Source of the DNA: Octopus sinensis | Taxonomy: Eukaryota | DNA length: 64,000 bases | Direction of reading: 5' to 3' | Assembly (NCBI RefSeq): GCF_006345805.1 | Contig: NC_043008.1 | Span: 53,072,001-53,136,000 of the forward strand | In this document: one piece after another, positions 50,872 to 63,652 of the stretch | How the letters are laid out: each line of letters opens with the position of its first letter | How positions within the stretch are numbered: position 1 is the stretch's first letter | Program-made: the position numbers and the translations under genes | The notes under the pieces: generated by a model | The model's input: only the letters and a program-made list of their open reading frames with translations | Told to the model about the DNA's origin: nothing | Databases searched by the model: none

Positions 50872-51388
50872 AAACATATAGACATATATTGCTTTATTTT
50901 CCTCCTTTCTAAAGGATTCGTTCAAGCAAGGAATATAAAATTCTTTAGCAATTTGTTTGTGTTTCCATATATGTAATGTCTTATTGCTTTGACAAGAGAA
51001 CACCCACCACCACCTTCGCTACAGCCACCACCACCCTCTCACAAAATGCGATAATTTCTTTTATATACAAACCATGCGCAAGTCACCTATTTTGGCGCCC
51101 TAATGTTTTGCGTAAACGTCATAAACCGTATTACTTTCTAAATCGTTGCTTACCAATTGCCGTGGTTCCTACCAAAGTTCTTGTTCAGTCATTGGACTGT
51201 GGCCATGCTGGGGCACCACCTTGAGGAGTTTAGTTGAGCAAATCAACTCCAGTGTTTATCATTTAAGTCTGATGCTTATTTCATCATTCTCTTTTGCTGA
51301 ACTGTTCAGTTACCGGGAGATAAACAAATCAACACTAGTTGTCAGTTGATGGTGTGGGAGACACACAAACATAAAAACACACACATAA

Positions 51389-51765
51389 TGTATATACATT
51401 ATATAATATATATACATATTTATATACATTAGTATATATACCTACTTATATACATTATAATATATATATACATATTTATGTATATTATATAGTATATTTA
51501 CCTACTTATATACATTATATAACATATATACCTGCTTATATACATTATATATTATATATACATATTCATATACATTATATAATAAATACACCTATTTATA
51601 TACATTATATAATATATATACATATTTATATACATTATATGATATATATACCTACTTATATACATTATATAATATATATACATATTTATATACATTATAT
51701 AATATATACATATTTATATACATTATATAATATATACATATTTATATACATTGTATAGTGTATAC
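51389..51765. repeat. ~30-bp AT-rich minisatellite with two alternating unit types
   Basis: TATACATTATATAATATATATACATATTTA alternates with ...ATATATACCTACTTA units. Confidence 0.8.
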
Positions 51766-51966
51766 ACATATGTATGTATATGATGGGCTTCATTATATAC
51801 TGTATATAAATATGTATGGACTTCCACACAGTTTCCTTTCACACAGTTTCCAGATCTATAATTCTTTCAGTTTGGGGCTATAGTAGAAGACACTTGTCCA
51901 AGGTGTTTCACAGTGAAACTGAACCTGAAGCCTTGTGGTTGCAAATGAAGCTTCTGTGTACATGCC

Positions 51967-52136
51967 CAGTACCATCTTATGGTATAGGCACACTAGGCAG
52001 TTGCCTAAGGGGCCTCACAGCTTTAGGGGCCCAACTGTGATCTATGAATGCTGCACTTTGCTGTCAATAAAGAAATATTATATGTTCAAGGGCACTGATT
52101 TTCTCAGGGCCCTACAGTGTTGCTAGGATGGCCCTG
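51967..52136. mobile_element. hAT-like MITE
   Basis: Imperfect TIR CAGTACCATCTTA / TAGGATGGCCCTG; internal GGCAGTTGCCTAAGGGGCC; TSD not resolved. Confidence 0.45.
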
Positions 52137-53641
52137 CCTACCTGAGCTTGCATCTTTAAACAAAAAAGGTACTACACACATACATACATGCACACATGCC
52201 CGTGTATTCATTTATTCTTTTATTCTCTTCCATGTTTCAGTCATTTGACTGTGGCCACGTTGGAGAACCAGCTTAAAGGGTTTTAGTTGAAGAAATCAAC
52301 CCCATGACTTGTTCTTTGTAAGCCTAGTACTTATTCTACCAGCTTTTTTTGCCGAACCACTAAGTTATGGGGGACATAAACACACCAACATCGGCTGTCA
52401 AGCGATGGTGAAGGGACAAACAGACACAAAAACAAGCACAAATATATACATATACATATATATGTGATGGGCTTCTTTCAGTTTCCATCTACCAAATCCA
52501 TTCACAAGGCTTTGGTCATCCCAAAGCTACAGTAGAAGACACTTGCCCAAGGTGCTACTCAGTAGGAGTGAACCCAGAACCATGTGGTCGGAAGGCAAGC
52601 TTCTTACCACTCTGCCACACCTTCACCTACGTATGTGCATAAAGCGTTTGAAAAATGGAGTTGGATAAGTAACTTCTGTAATATAACCTCAATGACAGCA
52701 GTTCTGTCATCAATAATGGTTTGGCATCATTTATGTCCTTTTACTGAGTTTCTTGTTAACACAGTTCTTGTTACTATGGATAGCAAGGAAAGATTATTTG
52801 ACTTGCAGACAAAAAAAAAAAAAGCAACAAAAGACAGGAGAACAAAATGTAATAAAAAATCAACAAATAATAAAAATAATGAATAAATTCTGTTTGTGAT
52901 AGCTTGTTGGGAAAATAATAAAGAAAGCAAGTCATTATAAGAGATATGCCAAGTTCTGTGGCAGCAAATGTCTCTTTGGATATTTGTATTAAACCCTGCG
53001 GCATTAGCAAATGACTTTGCAATGGGAAAATCAATTCTTTCCTTTTCATTATTGACCAATGTTCGTTATATTTATTAACTACAACCATAAATGGCCCTGT
53101 CTATGAAATAATTAAAAATGAAAACAGCTGAGGACTTACAGATAGGGGTTACCAGAGACTGGGTTTTGGGTTCTGAATTCAAAGTAGGGGTTTTTGTTGT
53201 TGTGGTTGTTTGTTGTTTTGTATCATCATGGTTATAATCATGCAAGCCTATCCAGGCATGGCCACCACATGTTTTATCATTTACTTGTTTCAGTAAGAGA
53301 GCTGCAGTCATGCTGGGGCACCGACTTTGAGTGTTTAGTCAAACAAATCAAGTGGCAAAAAGCCACTGGGAATAGCTAATTAATGAACAGGACAATACAG
53401 AAACAAACGTGACAGAACAAAACATACAAAACATCACAAAAAATGCCGTTCAGCCACAAAGCTGTGATGGCATGTGGTCATACAAATGGAAATGAAAATA
53501 TCCTGTGGGACTGGATACAGAGCAGTGTGCAGTTGCTGCAGCAGAAACATATGTTGGCCAATGTTATATATGCTATAGAAAACATTTTAATAAAAAAGTT
53601 TTGGATGTGAATAAATCTCCACTCTCCTCTTGGTGTTCAAA

Positions 53642-53677
<36 letters not shown>

Positions 53678-53692
53678 ATATATATATATAAC

Positions 53693-53830
53693 TGGTACTT
53701 AATTTATCGACCCCGAGAGGATGAAAGGCAAAGTCGACCTCGGCGGAATTTGAACTCAGAACGTAACGACAGACGAAATACGGCAACGCATTTCGCCCGG
53801 CGCGCTAACATTTCTGCCAGATCGCCGCCT
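53693..53830 (-). mobile_element. Young SINE family A 5' portion
   Basis: CpG-intact head and core. Confidence 0.8.
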
Positions 53831-53840
53831 ATTATACATA

Positions 53841-53906
<66 letters not shown>

Positions 53907-55309
53907 TGTGTATATATATAATTATAATTTAGGGTAGCTAAGAGATACTACCACGCTGGAAAGAGCATCCAAAACCTGACTCTAAAACCATATTAAATGT
54001 TCAATTAATCTGGTTGTAGTGGCAGCTTTTGGCTGCTATGTCCAGCACGGTGGTATATCTTAGATACCCTTATTTTTTTTTTAATAATAATTATTACACC
54101 TTTGAAGGTTTTTATTCCCATGCTGGCCACCTGATAAGATCGATATTTAAATTAACGATCTCACCCTTATTTATATATATATATATATATATAATCATGT
54201 TGATAATATTTGTATTAATCTGTTTGAAGCTAGGTCTCTCTTTGCTATTAATCTGAGTTTATCATTAACCTAAGTCCTTCATTCAGAACTGTGATAGAGG
54301 GATAGAGGGGAAAACCTAAGCTCTGAACAAATTAACATATGTAAACTATTCAACATGTAGAGACTAATTTCTTCTCCCACGTCAATAAATTCAGACAGAA
54401 ATGTGTGTGTGTGTTTCTGTGTGTGCATGTGTTTGTGTATGTGTGTGCATGTACATATGCACATATATGTGCATGTATAGTTATATGCACATATATGTTC
54501 TTATATATATATATATATATATACACACACATATGTATATGGACAAGTACATGCATATAAACACATATACATATTTGTAAACATATGTGTAGACATATGG
54601 ATACATACACACACATATATATACATGTGTATATGTATAAACATCCATGCATATACATTAACATATATATTGATATATATATATGTGTGTGTGTATACAT
54701 ATATACATACATATGTATTTCCCTCTTCTCTCTGTTTCTCTCTCTGTACATATATAGATATAGATATAGATTTAGATATAGATATATATATATATATGTA
54801 TACATGCATACATATATACATACATATGTGTGTTTGTGTATGTGTGTAAATACATATACAGTATGTAAAAATTACATACAGATATTTACATGTATATATA
54901 CACATGCACACACACTTACATGCATGCATCCACACATGCACACATAAATACACACACATGCACACACACACAAAGTAATTTTATCAGACTTTTTCTCGTG
55001 ATGTTTACTTAATTCTTTCTGATTGCTTCTTAAAATTATTGCCTGACCATCCGGCTCTAACTCTTTGATATTGTTGCGACGATATTTGTTTTATGTCTAC
55101 ACTTCAACAATAATTCTGGCTTTTTTTCTCGAGTAATTTATACTCTTGCATGAGAATAGGACATTTTTCTGCCAAGAAAAGTTCACAAATTTTGGCATCT
55201 CCAATATAAGCATTGGCAGGCTTGATGATGGACCATTTATTTCAAAGTTATTTTTGGCCTTTCTCAGTTGAAATATTCTTTGATAAAGCAAATATGATGA
55301 AAAGCACAG

Positions 55310-55660
55310 TCATGGCCATGCGGTTAAGAAGTTTGTTGCACACCCACAGGGTTTTGGGTTCAGTCCCACTCTGTGGGACTTCGTTCAAGCATCTTCTTAT
55401 TTCTTTATTGCCCACAAGGGGCTAAACATAGAGGAGACAAACAAGGACAGACAAAGGGATTAAGTCGATTATATCGACCCCAGTACATAACTGGTACTTA
55501 GTTTATCGACCCTGAAAGGATGAAACACAAAGCCGACCTCGGCGAAATTTGAACTTAGAACATAGTGGCAGATGAAATACCGCTAAGCATTTTGCCCGAC
55601 GTGCTAACATTTCTGCCAGCTCTCTGCCCTTCATTCAAGTGTCTTCTGCCATAGGCCTGG
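55310..55660 (+). mobile_element. SINE family B head interrupted by an antisense SINE family A (55398-55630)
   Basis: TSD TTCAAG(CA/TG)TCTTCT at 55384-55397 and 55634-55647. Confidence 0.7.
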
Positions 55661-56735
55661 ATCAATTAATAGTGTTTGAGTGATTATACTTAGAGAAACT
55701 GTACAAAGCCTCTCGTTCATACACGTATGAACTGATTATGTGAAGCTGGTGAAGCTGAATGTGCAACACAACATTTGATCCCTATAAAACCAATAAAATC
55801 ATTTGATCCTTCTAAAACCTATAAAATCACCTGTACAGGTTATTCAGCAAGAAATTGCAGAACCCTTTTTCTCAGACTCCAGAGGCAAGCATGTTTTTAC
55901 ATGAGTTTAGAATCAACAGCCATCTTACAGCCAGGAATAAGGTATCCTTGGTGGTCATTTTGACATCTCCCTAGGAAGAGGAAGATTCTAATCTGACATC
56001 TGCAGGGGGGGGGGGTGAAACCTGCTGTACTCTTTCCCCACAACTTTCTCTCACTCTTTCTTCCTGTTTTCAAAGGGCCAGCCTTGTCACACATTGTGTC
56101 ATGTTGAATCTCCCCCGAGAACTACGTTAAGGGTACACGTGTCTGTGGAGTGCTCAGCCACTTGCACGTTAATAAATGAGCTGCGACGTCACTGGTGTCA
56201 AGCTGTATCGGCCTTTGCCTTTCCCTTGGATAACACTGGTGGTGTGGAGAGGGGGAGGCTGGTATACATGGGCAACTACTGGTCTTCCATAAACAACCTT
56301 GCCCAGACTGGTGCTTCGGAGGGTAACTTTCTAGGTGCAATTCCATGGTCATTCATGACCGAAGGAGGTCACACAATGTATGTATGTATGCATGTACAGA
56401 GTTATATGTTTTATGTAGGTATTCTCATGCATATAGTTACATATCTAGACATGCTCATACATCATTAAATGGTAAGCTTCTGGAAAGTTTTACAGATTTT
56501 TCACAGTTCCAGTGAGGGATTGGATCTGTAGTTTTTGAATTAGCTTTCTCCTTTCTGATTTTGAGAAGCCTAATTTCTCAAGATTGGTATTTAGGCAGTG
56601 TGTTACATATGCCAGAGCCCCAATAATTACAGGTATAAACCTGAACTAGTAATCTGGGTAGAGTAACTGCAGATTTCTCAATAGGTCAGCGTAGTTATTC
56701 TCTTTTTCATTGATCTTCAGCTTTATGTTAACATA

Positions 56736-57146
56736 GGTGTAGGAGTGGCTGTGTGGTAAGTAGCTTCGATACCAACCACATGGTTATGGTTCAGTCCCAC
56801 TGCATGGTACCTTGAGCAAGTGTCTTCTATTATAGCCTCGGGCCGAACAAAGCCTTGTGAGTGGATTTGGTAGACGGAAACTGAAGGAAGCCCATTGTTT
56901 ATATGTGTGTGTATATGTTTGTGTGTCTGTGTTTGTCCCCCCACCACCACCACCACCACCAACATCGCTTGACAGCCAATGCTGGAGTGTTTACATCCCC
57001 TAAACTTAGCAGTTCAGCAAAATAGACCAATAGAATAGGTACTAGGCTTACAAAGAATAAGTCCTGGGGTCGATTTGCTCGACTCACGGTGGTGCTCCAG
57101 CATGGCCACAGCCACATGACTGAAACAAGTAAGAGAGTATAAGAGT
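56736..57146 (+). mobile_element. SINE family B, full length
   Basis: Family similarity. Confidence 0.8.
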
Positions 57147-57466
57147 ATATGTATGTATGTAGGTACGTAGGTAGGTAGGTAGGCAGGTAGGTAGGTAGAT
57201 AGGTAAGTAAAAAAGAGTTTTGTTTTAGCATCTAAAACTTGACCATTATATCATCCACGATAATCATTCTTGATTCTCAGATGACCATTCAATTTTATTC
57301 AGCCATTCCTCATTAAAATACCCTAATTAGTAAAAGATTATTTCCAGATTTTTCTTCCTGCCATCACTTTGAGGTAATTGTTCTGGTATCTTCAGCGCTA
57401 ACCAAAGTTATAATATTGTCATTAAATCTACTTGCAGAATATTCAACCAAACCCTTCCCCACCCCC

Positions 57467-57505
<39 letters not shown>

Positions 57506-57734
57506 ACACACACACACACACAAATTCACAAGTTCACACAGAAACGTATGCATGCCTACACAACTCACATACACATAGACACACCAAGCAGAGAAGAATC
57601 ATTTACTACTTAGCAACAGTTTCACTTGAAAATTTTGGCACTATCCTTAGCATTTTAATGATTCTAACATACACACACATATACATATATACATACATAC
57701 TTCATGTGTGTCTGTGCGTGTGCGTGTGTGTGTG

Positions 57735-57788
<54 letters not shown>

Positions 57789-58310
57789 TATATACACATA
57801 TGTACACATACACACATACATATATACATATAGATATGTACATATATATATATATATGTATGTATGTATGTAAGTATGTATGTATGTATTATGTATGTAT
57901 ATGGTATGTATGTATGTATGTAAATGTGTGTGTATGTATATATATGTGTATGTATGTATGTATGTATGTATATATATGTGTATCTTTGTATGTATGTACG
58001 TATGTATGTATGTGTGTGTGTATCTCTTTCTGGCAATTATTGGACAACTATTTCACATTCTAGTTTCATAGATCTTTCCTTATATCTTTCTCTCTAACAA
58101 AGTCTCCCACTCTCTCTCTCTCTTTCTCTCTCTTTCTGTCTTTTGTCTCTCTCTCTCTCTTTCTGTCTTTTGTCATTCTCTCTCTCTTTCTCATTCTCTC
58201 ACTCAATTCACTGACCTCTCTCTCTCTCTTCTTCCTTACTCTCTGTCATCCCTTTTATTGCCATCATTAATTTGTTTCTTTTACTTCTTTCTCTTCTCTT
58301 TTCCTTTCCT

Positions 58311-58510
58311 TATTACCTTCGCAAAGGAAAGAGGTCATGTTTTCATCAGCATTGGTTTGTCTGTCTGTCCGTCTGTGGGCAAAATAACTCAAAAAGTTGC
58401 AAACGGTATTTGATGAAAGATGCTGGAAAAGTTGGTAATGACACAAGGAACAAATGATGAAATTTTGGTAGTGATTCGGGAATTCTTATGGATTCTTGAA
58501 GGATTTTCCA
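58311..58510 (+). mobile_element. Helentron-associated (HINE/DINE-1-like) element, 5' part
   Basis: TTATTACCTTCGCAAAGG...ATGTTTTC...(GTCT)n...ATAACTCAAAAAGTTG. Confidence 0.55.
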
Positions 58511-58724
58511 TTTGTTATATTTACTTTACATGAAGTATTACAATGTTACATTCTTTGATTATCTCCCTTGAAAACACATCGTTTCCACGTAACCTATGGT
58601 GGCGTTGCTGTTTAAAGACAGTGTTGATGATGACGATGGTCGAGATAAGTATGGGAGGAGGATAAAATAGTATCGGTGGTTATAATGGCGACAGGAGTGG
58701 TGTGATATGTGATGCTGAGGTGAT

Positions 58725-59139
58725 GGTGGTATGGCAGAATCGTTAGCACGCCGGGCGAAATGCTTTGCGGTATTTCGTCTGCCACTACATTCTGAGTTCA
58801 AATTCCACCGAGGTCGACTTTGCCTTTCATCCTTTCGGGGTTGATAAATTAAGTACCAGTTATGCACTGGGATCGATATAATCGACTTAATCCCTTTGTC
58901 TGTCCTTGTTTGTCCTCCCTGTGTTTAGCCCCTTGTGGGTAATAAAGAAATAGGTATTTCGTCTGCTGCTACGTTCGGAGTTCAAATTCCGCCGAGGTCG
59001 ACTTTGCCTTTCATCCTTTCGGGGTCGATAAATTAAGTACCAGTTATGCACTGGGGTCGATATAATCGACTTAATCCCTTTGTCTGTCCTTGTTTGTCCC
59101 CTCTATGTTTAGCTCCTTGTGGGCAATAAAGAAATAGGT
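58725..59139 (+). mobile_element. Dimeric SINE family A (head + 2 x 184 bp)
   Basis: GGT anchors at 58769/58953/59137; junction AAAGAAATAGGTATTTCGTC. Confidence 0.85.
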
Positions 59140-59387
59140 AATAGTGGTATTGATGATAGTGTTAGCTGTGTGATGGTGGTATTTCAGTGGTTATACTGGT
59201 TGTGATGGGGAAAGTGACTGTCAAGGTAACCATCATGATGACATTGACGGTGGTGTATGTGGTTGAGGAGGAAGCAATGACAATGTTGCTGATGATGATG
59301 TTGGTGGTTGTGAACTGCTTCAGATGATTCCTGTTTTTAAAAGGGATTTTTTTTCTTAAAATCATAAGGCTGTGTAATTTTTTTTTT

Positions 59388-59516
59388 TTACCCCCGCCAA
59401 GGAGTTATGATTTTGCCAGCGTTGGTTTGGGAAATTGGGTGATTTTCAGCATGCATGTATTGGGTGGAAATGAGCTGCTTGGCGGAGGTCTGCGCTCTCC
59501 GAGTGCTTTTCTAGTT
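59388..59516 (+). mobile_element. Miniature complete Helentron-associated element
   Basis: subTIRs CCCCCGCCAAG / CTTGGCGGAGG, 3' hairpin GCGCTCTCCGAGTGC, ends TTTTCTAGTT. Confidence 0.7.
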
Positions 59517-59699
59517 CTTCATTTTTTCTATTCCTTCACATCCTTCTTTGTTCCCTCTTCTTTATTTTTCTTGTTGCTTTTGTCACAGTGGCATTCACCC
59601 TGGAGGGGTTAAACCAGCTCCTATTGAGTTCACCATGTCACAGGTGAGTTCACAGGATTTTCAAGGGATGATTAAAGTCCACAAAAACAGTTCCTACCT

Positions 59700-60000
59700 G
59701 TATTTGTAAGACACCATACATGACCAGTGGCAGGTCATCCTCATGTTAAACCTTCTCACCGCAGAATACCTGAAGACATGATCCAATGCCACTAGGAAGC
59801 CATCAGATTCTACAGCAGACACTACCTGGAATTCTCCATTCCTTTACAGTTAGCCGGCTTGTGGCCCTAGCACTGCCAGTGTCAAACCTGTCTACCTTGG
59901 GTGACCCTACCAGAGACTCAAAATCCCAATGGTATAACTCTGACATTCACTCATTTAACTTCCCATCACAATGAGGTCTAGGGTTGGATTTTGAAGAAGG
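59700..60000 (-). mobile_element. RTE 5'-UTR-like element related to 40560-40935, CpG-decayed
   Basis: GTCAGAGTTATACC...CTGGTAGGGTCACCCAAGG...GACAC on minus. Confidence 0.6.
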
Positions 60001-60169
60001 TTCCCTATTTTTCCCCTCACTCCCACACCAGTGAACCTGATTCTGTTATTTGTTTCCTTTAAGCTATTGCAGAAGAGGGGACCAACAACTGCAGGGAAGA
60101 CATGCACAGGGAGGAGAGTTCCAGTGGAAGGATGATCAGGAGATGAAGGATTAGGAATAGTAGTTAGGG

Positions 60170-60415
60170 CTAGGATTTGGATTTCGCAGACAACTTGGCA
60201 TTACTAGGTTCCATCAGAGATACGCTGCAGGCCATGACAGACTATGTAATTTGGGAGCAGAAGCAGGTCTGGGGATTAGTGCTGAAAAGACCAAAGTCAT
60301 GTCCATTGGTGGAACCCAAGCCCAACTTGTTAATCTCAGACAAGACAAACTTGTGTACATCAATAAAGTTACATATTTTGGAAGCTGTATTTTCATCGAG
60401 GTCTAAGGTGGTCTA
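60170..60415 (+). mobile_element. RTE-clade reverse transcriptase fragment
   Basis: DLDFADNLALL...(fs)GAEAGLGISAEKTKVM...KVTYFGS. Confidence 0.75.
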
Positions 60416-60462
60416 AGGAAGAAAACTTCTTAACATGCAGCCACATCTATACCTATATATAC

Positions 60463-60518
<56 letters not shown>

Positions 60519-60520
60519 TG

Positions 60521-60576
<56 letters not shown>

Positions 60577-60986
60577 AGACAGACAGACAGCGCGGCAGGC
60601 AGACAGACAGACAGACAGAGACAGAGAGATTACTAGTAACTAGTAATTTAGTGGATGGATGGATGGACAGACGGATGTCCAATGGATTTCTATGCACAGT
60701 TTGTGTTTTGTGTTCACCAAATTCATTTGCAGAACTTTGGTTGGTCCAGGGCTACAGTAGAAGATACACTTATGCAAGGTGCCACTCAGTGGGGCTGAAC
60801 CCAAAACCACATGATTGGGAACAAGAGCTTCTTAACTATAGAGCAATGCCAGCTCAATTTTGTCTTTCTTCCATTGTTTTGTTTTCTGTCTTTTCTGAAT
60901 ACTATATAACAAGCTCCTTGACCGATTCCATATATGCTGATATCTACCAAAATAATTACCGTTTCTTCTTTTGTCTCTCCTTTCAG

Positions 60987-61122
60987 TTACCACGATACAA
61001 AACATGCCAATATCCTTAATTCGTTATGGATGATATCTATAACATTCCTATCTATTGGATATGGTGATATTGTGCCAAACACATATTGTGGACGGACTAT
61101 AGCAATAGCAACAGGGGTTATG
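60987..61122 (+). CDS. KCNN: Internal exon of a small-conductance Ca2+-activated K+ channel (SK/KCNN): turret, pore helix, GYG filter and start of S6
   Basis: Pyrimidine tract + TTTCAG|T TAC CAC...GTT ATG|GTGAGT; 136 nt = (R)[45 protein letters not shown]; phase-2/phase-0 boundaries match the CER|YHD and GIM|GAG exon junctions I recall for KCNN genes. Confidence 0.96.
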
Positions 61123-61618
61123 GTGAGTACGATTTACTTTATCTCTACATGTCACTTCTGATACAAAGTAATAAACAACAAGAATTGCGATTTTTATTCT
61201 TTTTTTTTTCATTTATTTTCTTACTTTTATTTTGTTTTTGTTTTTCGTTTTCTTTTCTTTTGCTATATATAGAATTAAGATATCTTTGTTATAATGTATC
61301 TTGTTATGTTATATAATTAAGAAAGAACATTGACATACAGGAATTATTATACAATATGTGTCTTATATAATATACTTCTAGAGAGAGAGAGAGAGAGAAC
61401 CTTATATCATGTTATATCCTACAAGTGTAGCATATCTCAGCTTGACTCATGGTTAATTGTGGGCTGATGCTTTCTCTCTGTGATGTCTGTACATATATGT
61501 GGCCTGTGTGTACGTGTATATACTGTATATGTGTGCATGTGTACATGCATGCTTTGCACACATACATATGTATATATTTACATACACACACATAAATGTG
61601 CATATATATATATATATT

Positions 61619-61655
<37 letters not shown>

Positions 61656-61688
61656 CATTTATTATTCTATAAAACAAGAATATTATTG

Positions 61689-61735
61689 ATAGTGACACTT
61701 CAAAGTTTCAGTCAGATAAGCCTTCATCAGACTGT
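61689..61735 (-). ncRNA. Decayed type I hammerhead motif
   Basis: ACAGU-CUGAUGAA-GGCUUAUCUGACU-GAAA-CUUUGAAG-(UG)UC|ACUAU. Confidence 0.5.
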
Positions 61736-62607
61736 GACGCATTGAAGTTAATCTTGGTTCTACATAGTCTTTGTTGGGTTAAAATCTTCCTTGGGTTTGA
61801 GTGGAGCAGTAAATTAGGTTGTAAGTTGGCTTGTGATAGAAAGGTGTCATGGAGAAATTTTTATTGATTAAATTTCCAATTGTGTTATTGTATAAAACTT
61901 GTTCATCATTGGAGGTCTTTGTAAGCAGGTATGTTTAGGCGTGTCTCCTTCAAGTCATAGGATTGTTTTCCAGTGATTCACAAAAACGAATTGGGTAGGT
62001 CTTGGATGTGCCAGTAGTCTTAATTATTTGGGGTTTTGTTGTATTTATTCCTTTCCTTTGAAAATATAAATCTCAAAGGTTCAAGGTCTAGTCCATTACT
62101 TATAAACTTAACAATTATGTGTGTCAACATTTTTTTAATGGAATTTTTTAGGGGTTCACAAAAGAATGTAAGTAAGTGGTATGTTTTGTTTGGTCAGTTT
62201 CTTTGCTTCTTGTTATTTAGGGTATTTCCTGTTTGTATTTGGGAGGTGTGGGTTATTAGTCTTGTCTGTCACGGTGCTTTTAGTATAGAAATTTGTTTAT
62301 CAAGAGGATGTGGGTAAGTGTAAGAATTGTTGGTCAATATATTTCTCTCTTGGAGTTTTTTGTTCTATAAGCAATTTCATTAAAATGTAGGAATTTTAAC
62401 CTTTGTGTTTTATGGAGGCAAAGTTTGTTCAATGTGTTTATAAATATTTCTTCAATTCTGTTTCAAACATGGGTATTTTATAATATATTATTTTAGGCCT
62501 ATGTATATGTGAAAATTGGGCATTATAAAAGCTGTGTATATAAAAATGGGAATAAAATTTAATTTCAAAAATTGATTTATATAAAGCCAAGATTAACTTC
62601 AATACAT

Positions 62608-62652
62608 GCAATCCGGCAATGGCTTAGCTGGCCAAATCTTCAAAGTCATTGT
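62608..62652 (+). ncRNA. Heavily decayed mirror hammerhead remnant
   Basis: GCAAU-CCGGCAAU-GGCUUAGCUGGCC-AAAU-CUUCAAAG-UC|AUUGU; recognisable only through homology to the left copy. Confidence 0.35.
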
Positions 62653-63099
62653 CAATAATATTTTGGTTTAAGAAAAACTAATTTGTTTCTTTAAATAAGT
62701 ATAGAGTTACTCATCAGAATAATGTACAATTGTTTTTATTATAGCTGAGCATATATACATATATACATACATGTATACATATATACACATATACATATAT
62801 ATATACACACACATATATACAGGTATATATATTTATGTGTGTGTATATTGTGTGTATGTGTGTGCACACGTACATAGACACACACATACATATAATGCCT
62901 AAAAAAATCTTAACATATGTGGGTGTATGTATATACATCCATGCATGTATATGTTTATATATGTGTGTATGCATGAGTGTGTGTGTACATCTATATACAT
63001 ATATATGAATACACACACACACATATATGGCACATGTATTTACATATATAATATATGTATATATATTGTATATATATGTATATATATGTATATGTTATA

Positions 63100-63140
<41 letters not shown>

Positions 63141-63564
63141 GAGTGGAATTTATGGTATTATCTTCAATTCCTTAGTTACATGTGTTTCATCACTACATGG
63201 TTCAAAAGTAATACATTTAAACCTTTGCCTGATAAGACACATATAGCTTACTTATACTTTGTTGTAATATTACAATTTCACAGTATTCATATTTATGTTG
63301 ATGATATAAATATTCCATGTGTGGTGTTGAAACACACATAACTAAAGAATCCAATATAATATCACAAACTCTGCAGCTTATGCTATATTCTGTAATTAAT
63401 TTATCAGCCCTGGAATCTGAGTTCGTATGGATGGTTTCTACACACATACACTTTCGTAGCCAGTATTCAGAAGAATGCTGAATGATGTACAACATTGGAT
63501 TTATAATCACTAATCATCTCTTATCTGCTATACATGCAAATATGTACATACGTAGGTACATACA

Positions 63565-63595
<31 letters not shown>

Positions 63596-63621
63596 GTGTG
63601 TGTAGATATATATACATACAC

Positions 63622-63652
<31 letters not shown>

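Larger units (their letters stand above)
61679..62662 (-). mobile_element. Decayed 5'-truncated Penelope-like element with inverted, HHR-bearing termini
   Basis: ~90-bp diverged inverted ends (61679-61770 / 62577-62662); fragmentary translation resembling the PLE thumb-linker-GIY-YIG region (EILTNNSY.YP, LRFIFSK, YWHIQDLPNSF..ITGKQ). Confidence 0.55.

Noticed and set aside
61123-61400. Editing-complementary sequence for the pore exon in the flanking intron
   Set aside because: Only short AT-rich matches seen; would need computational folding
62690-62725. Minus-strand CUGAUGAG near the PLE end
   Set aside because: No pairable stem II before the next GAAA
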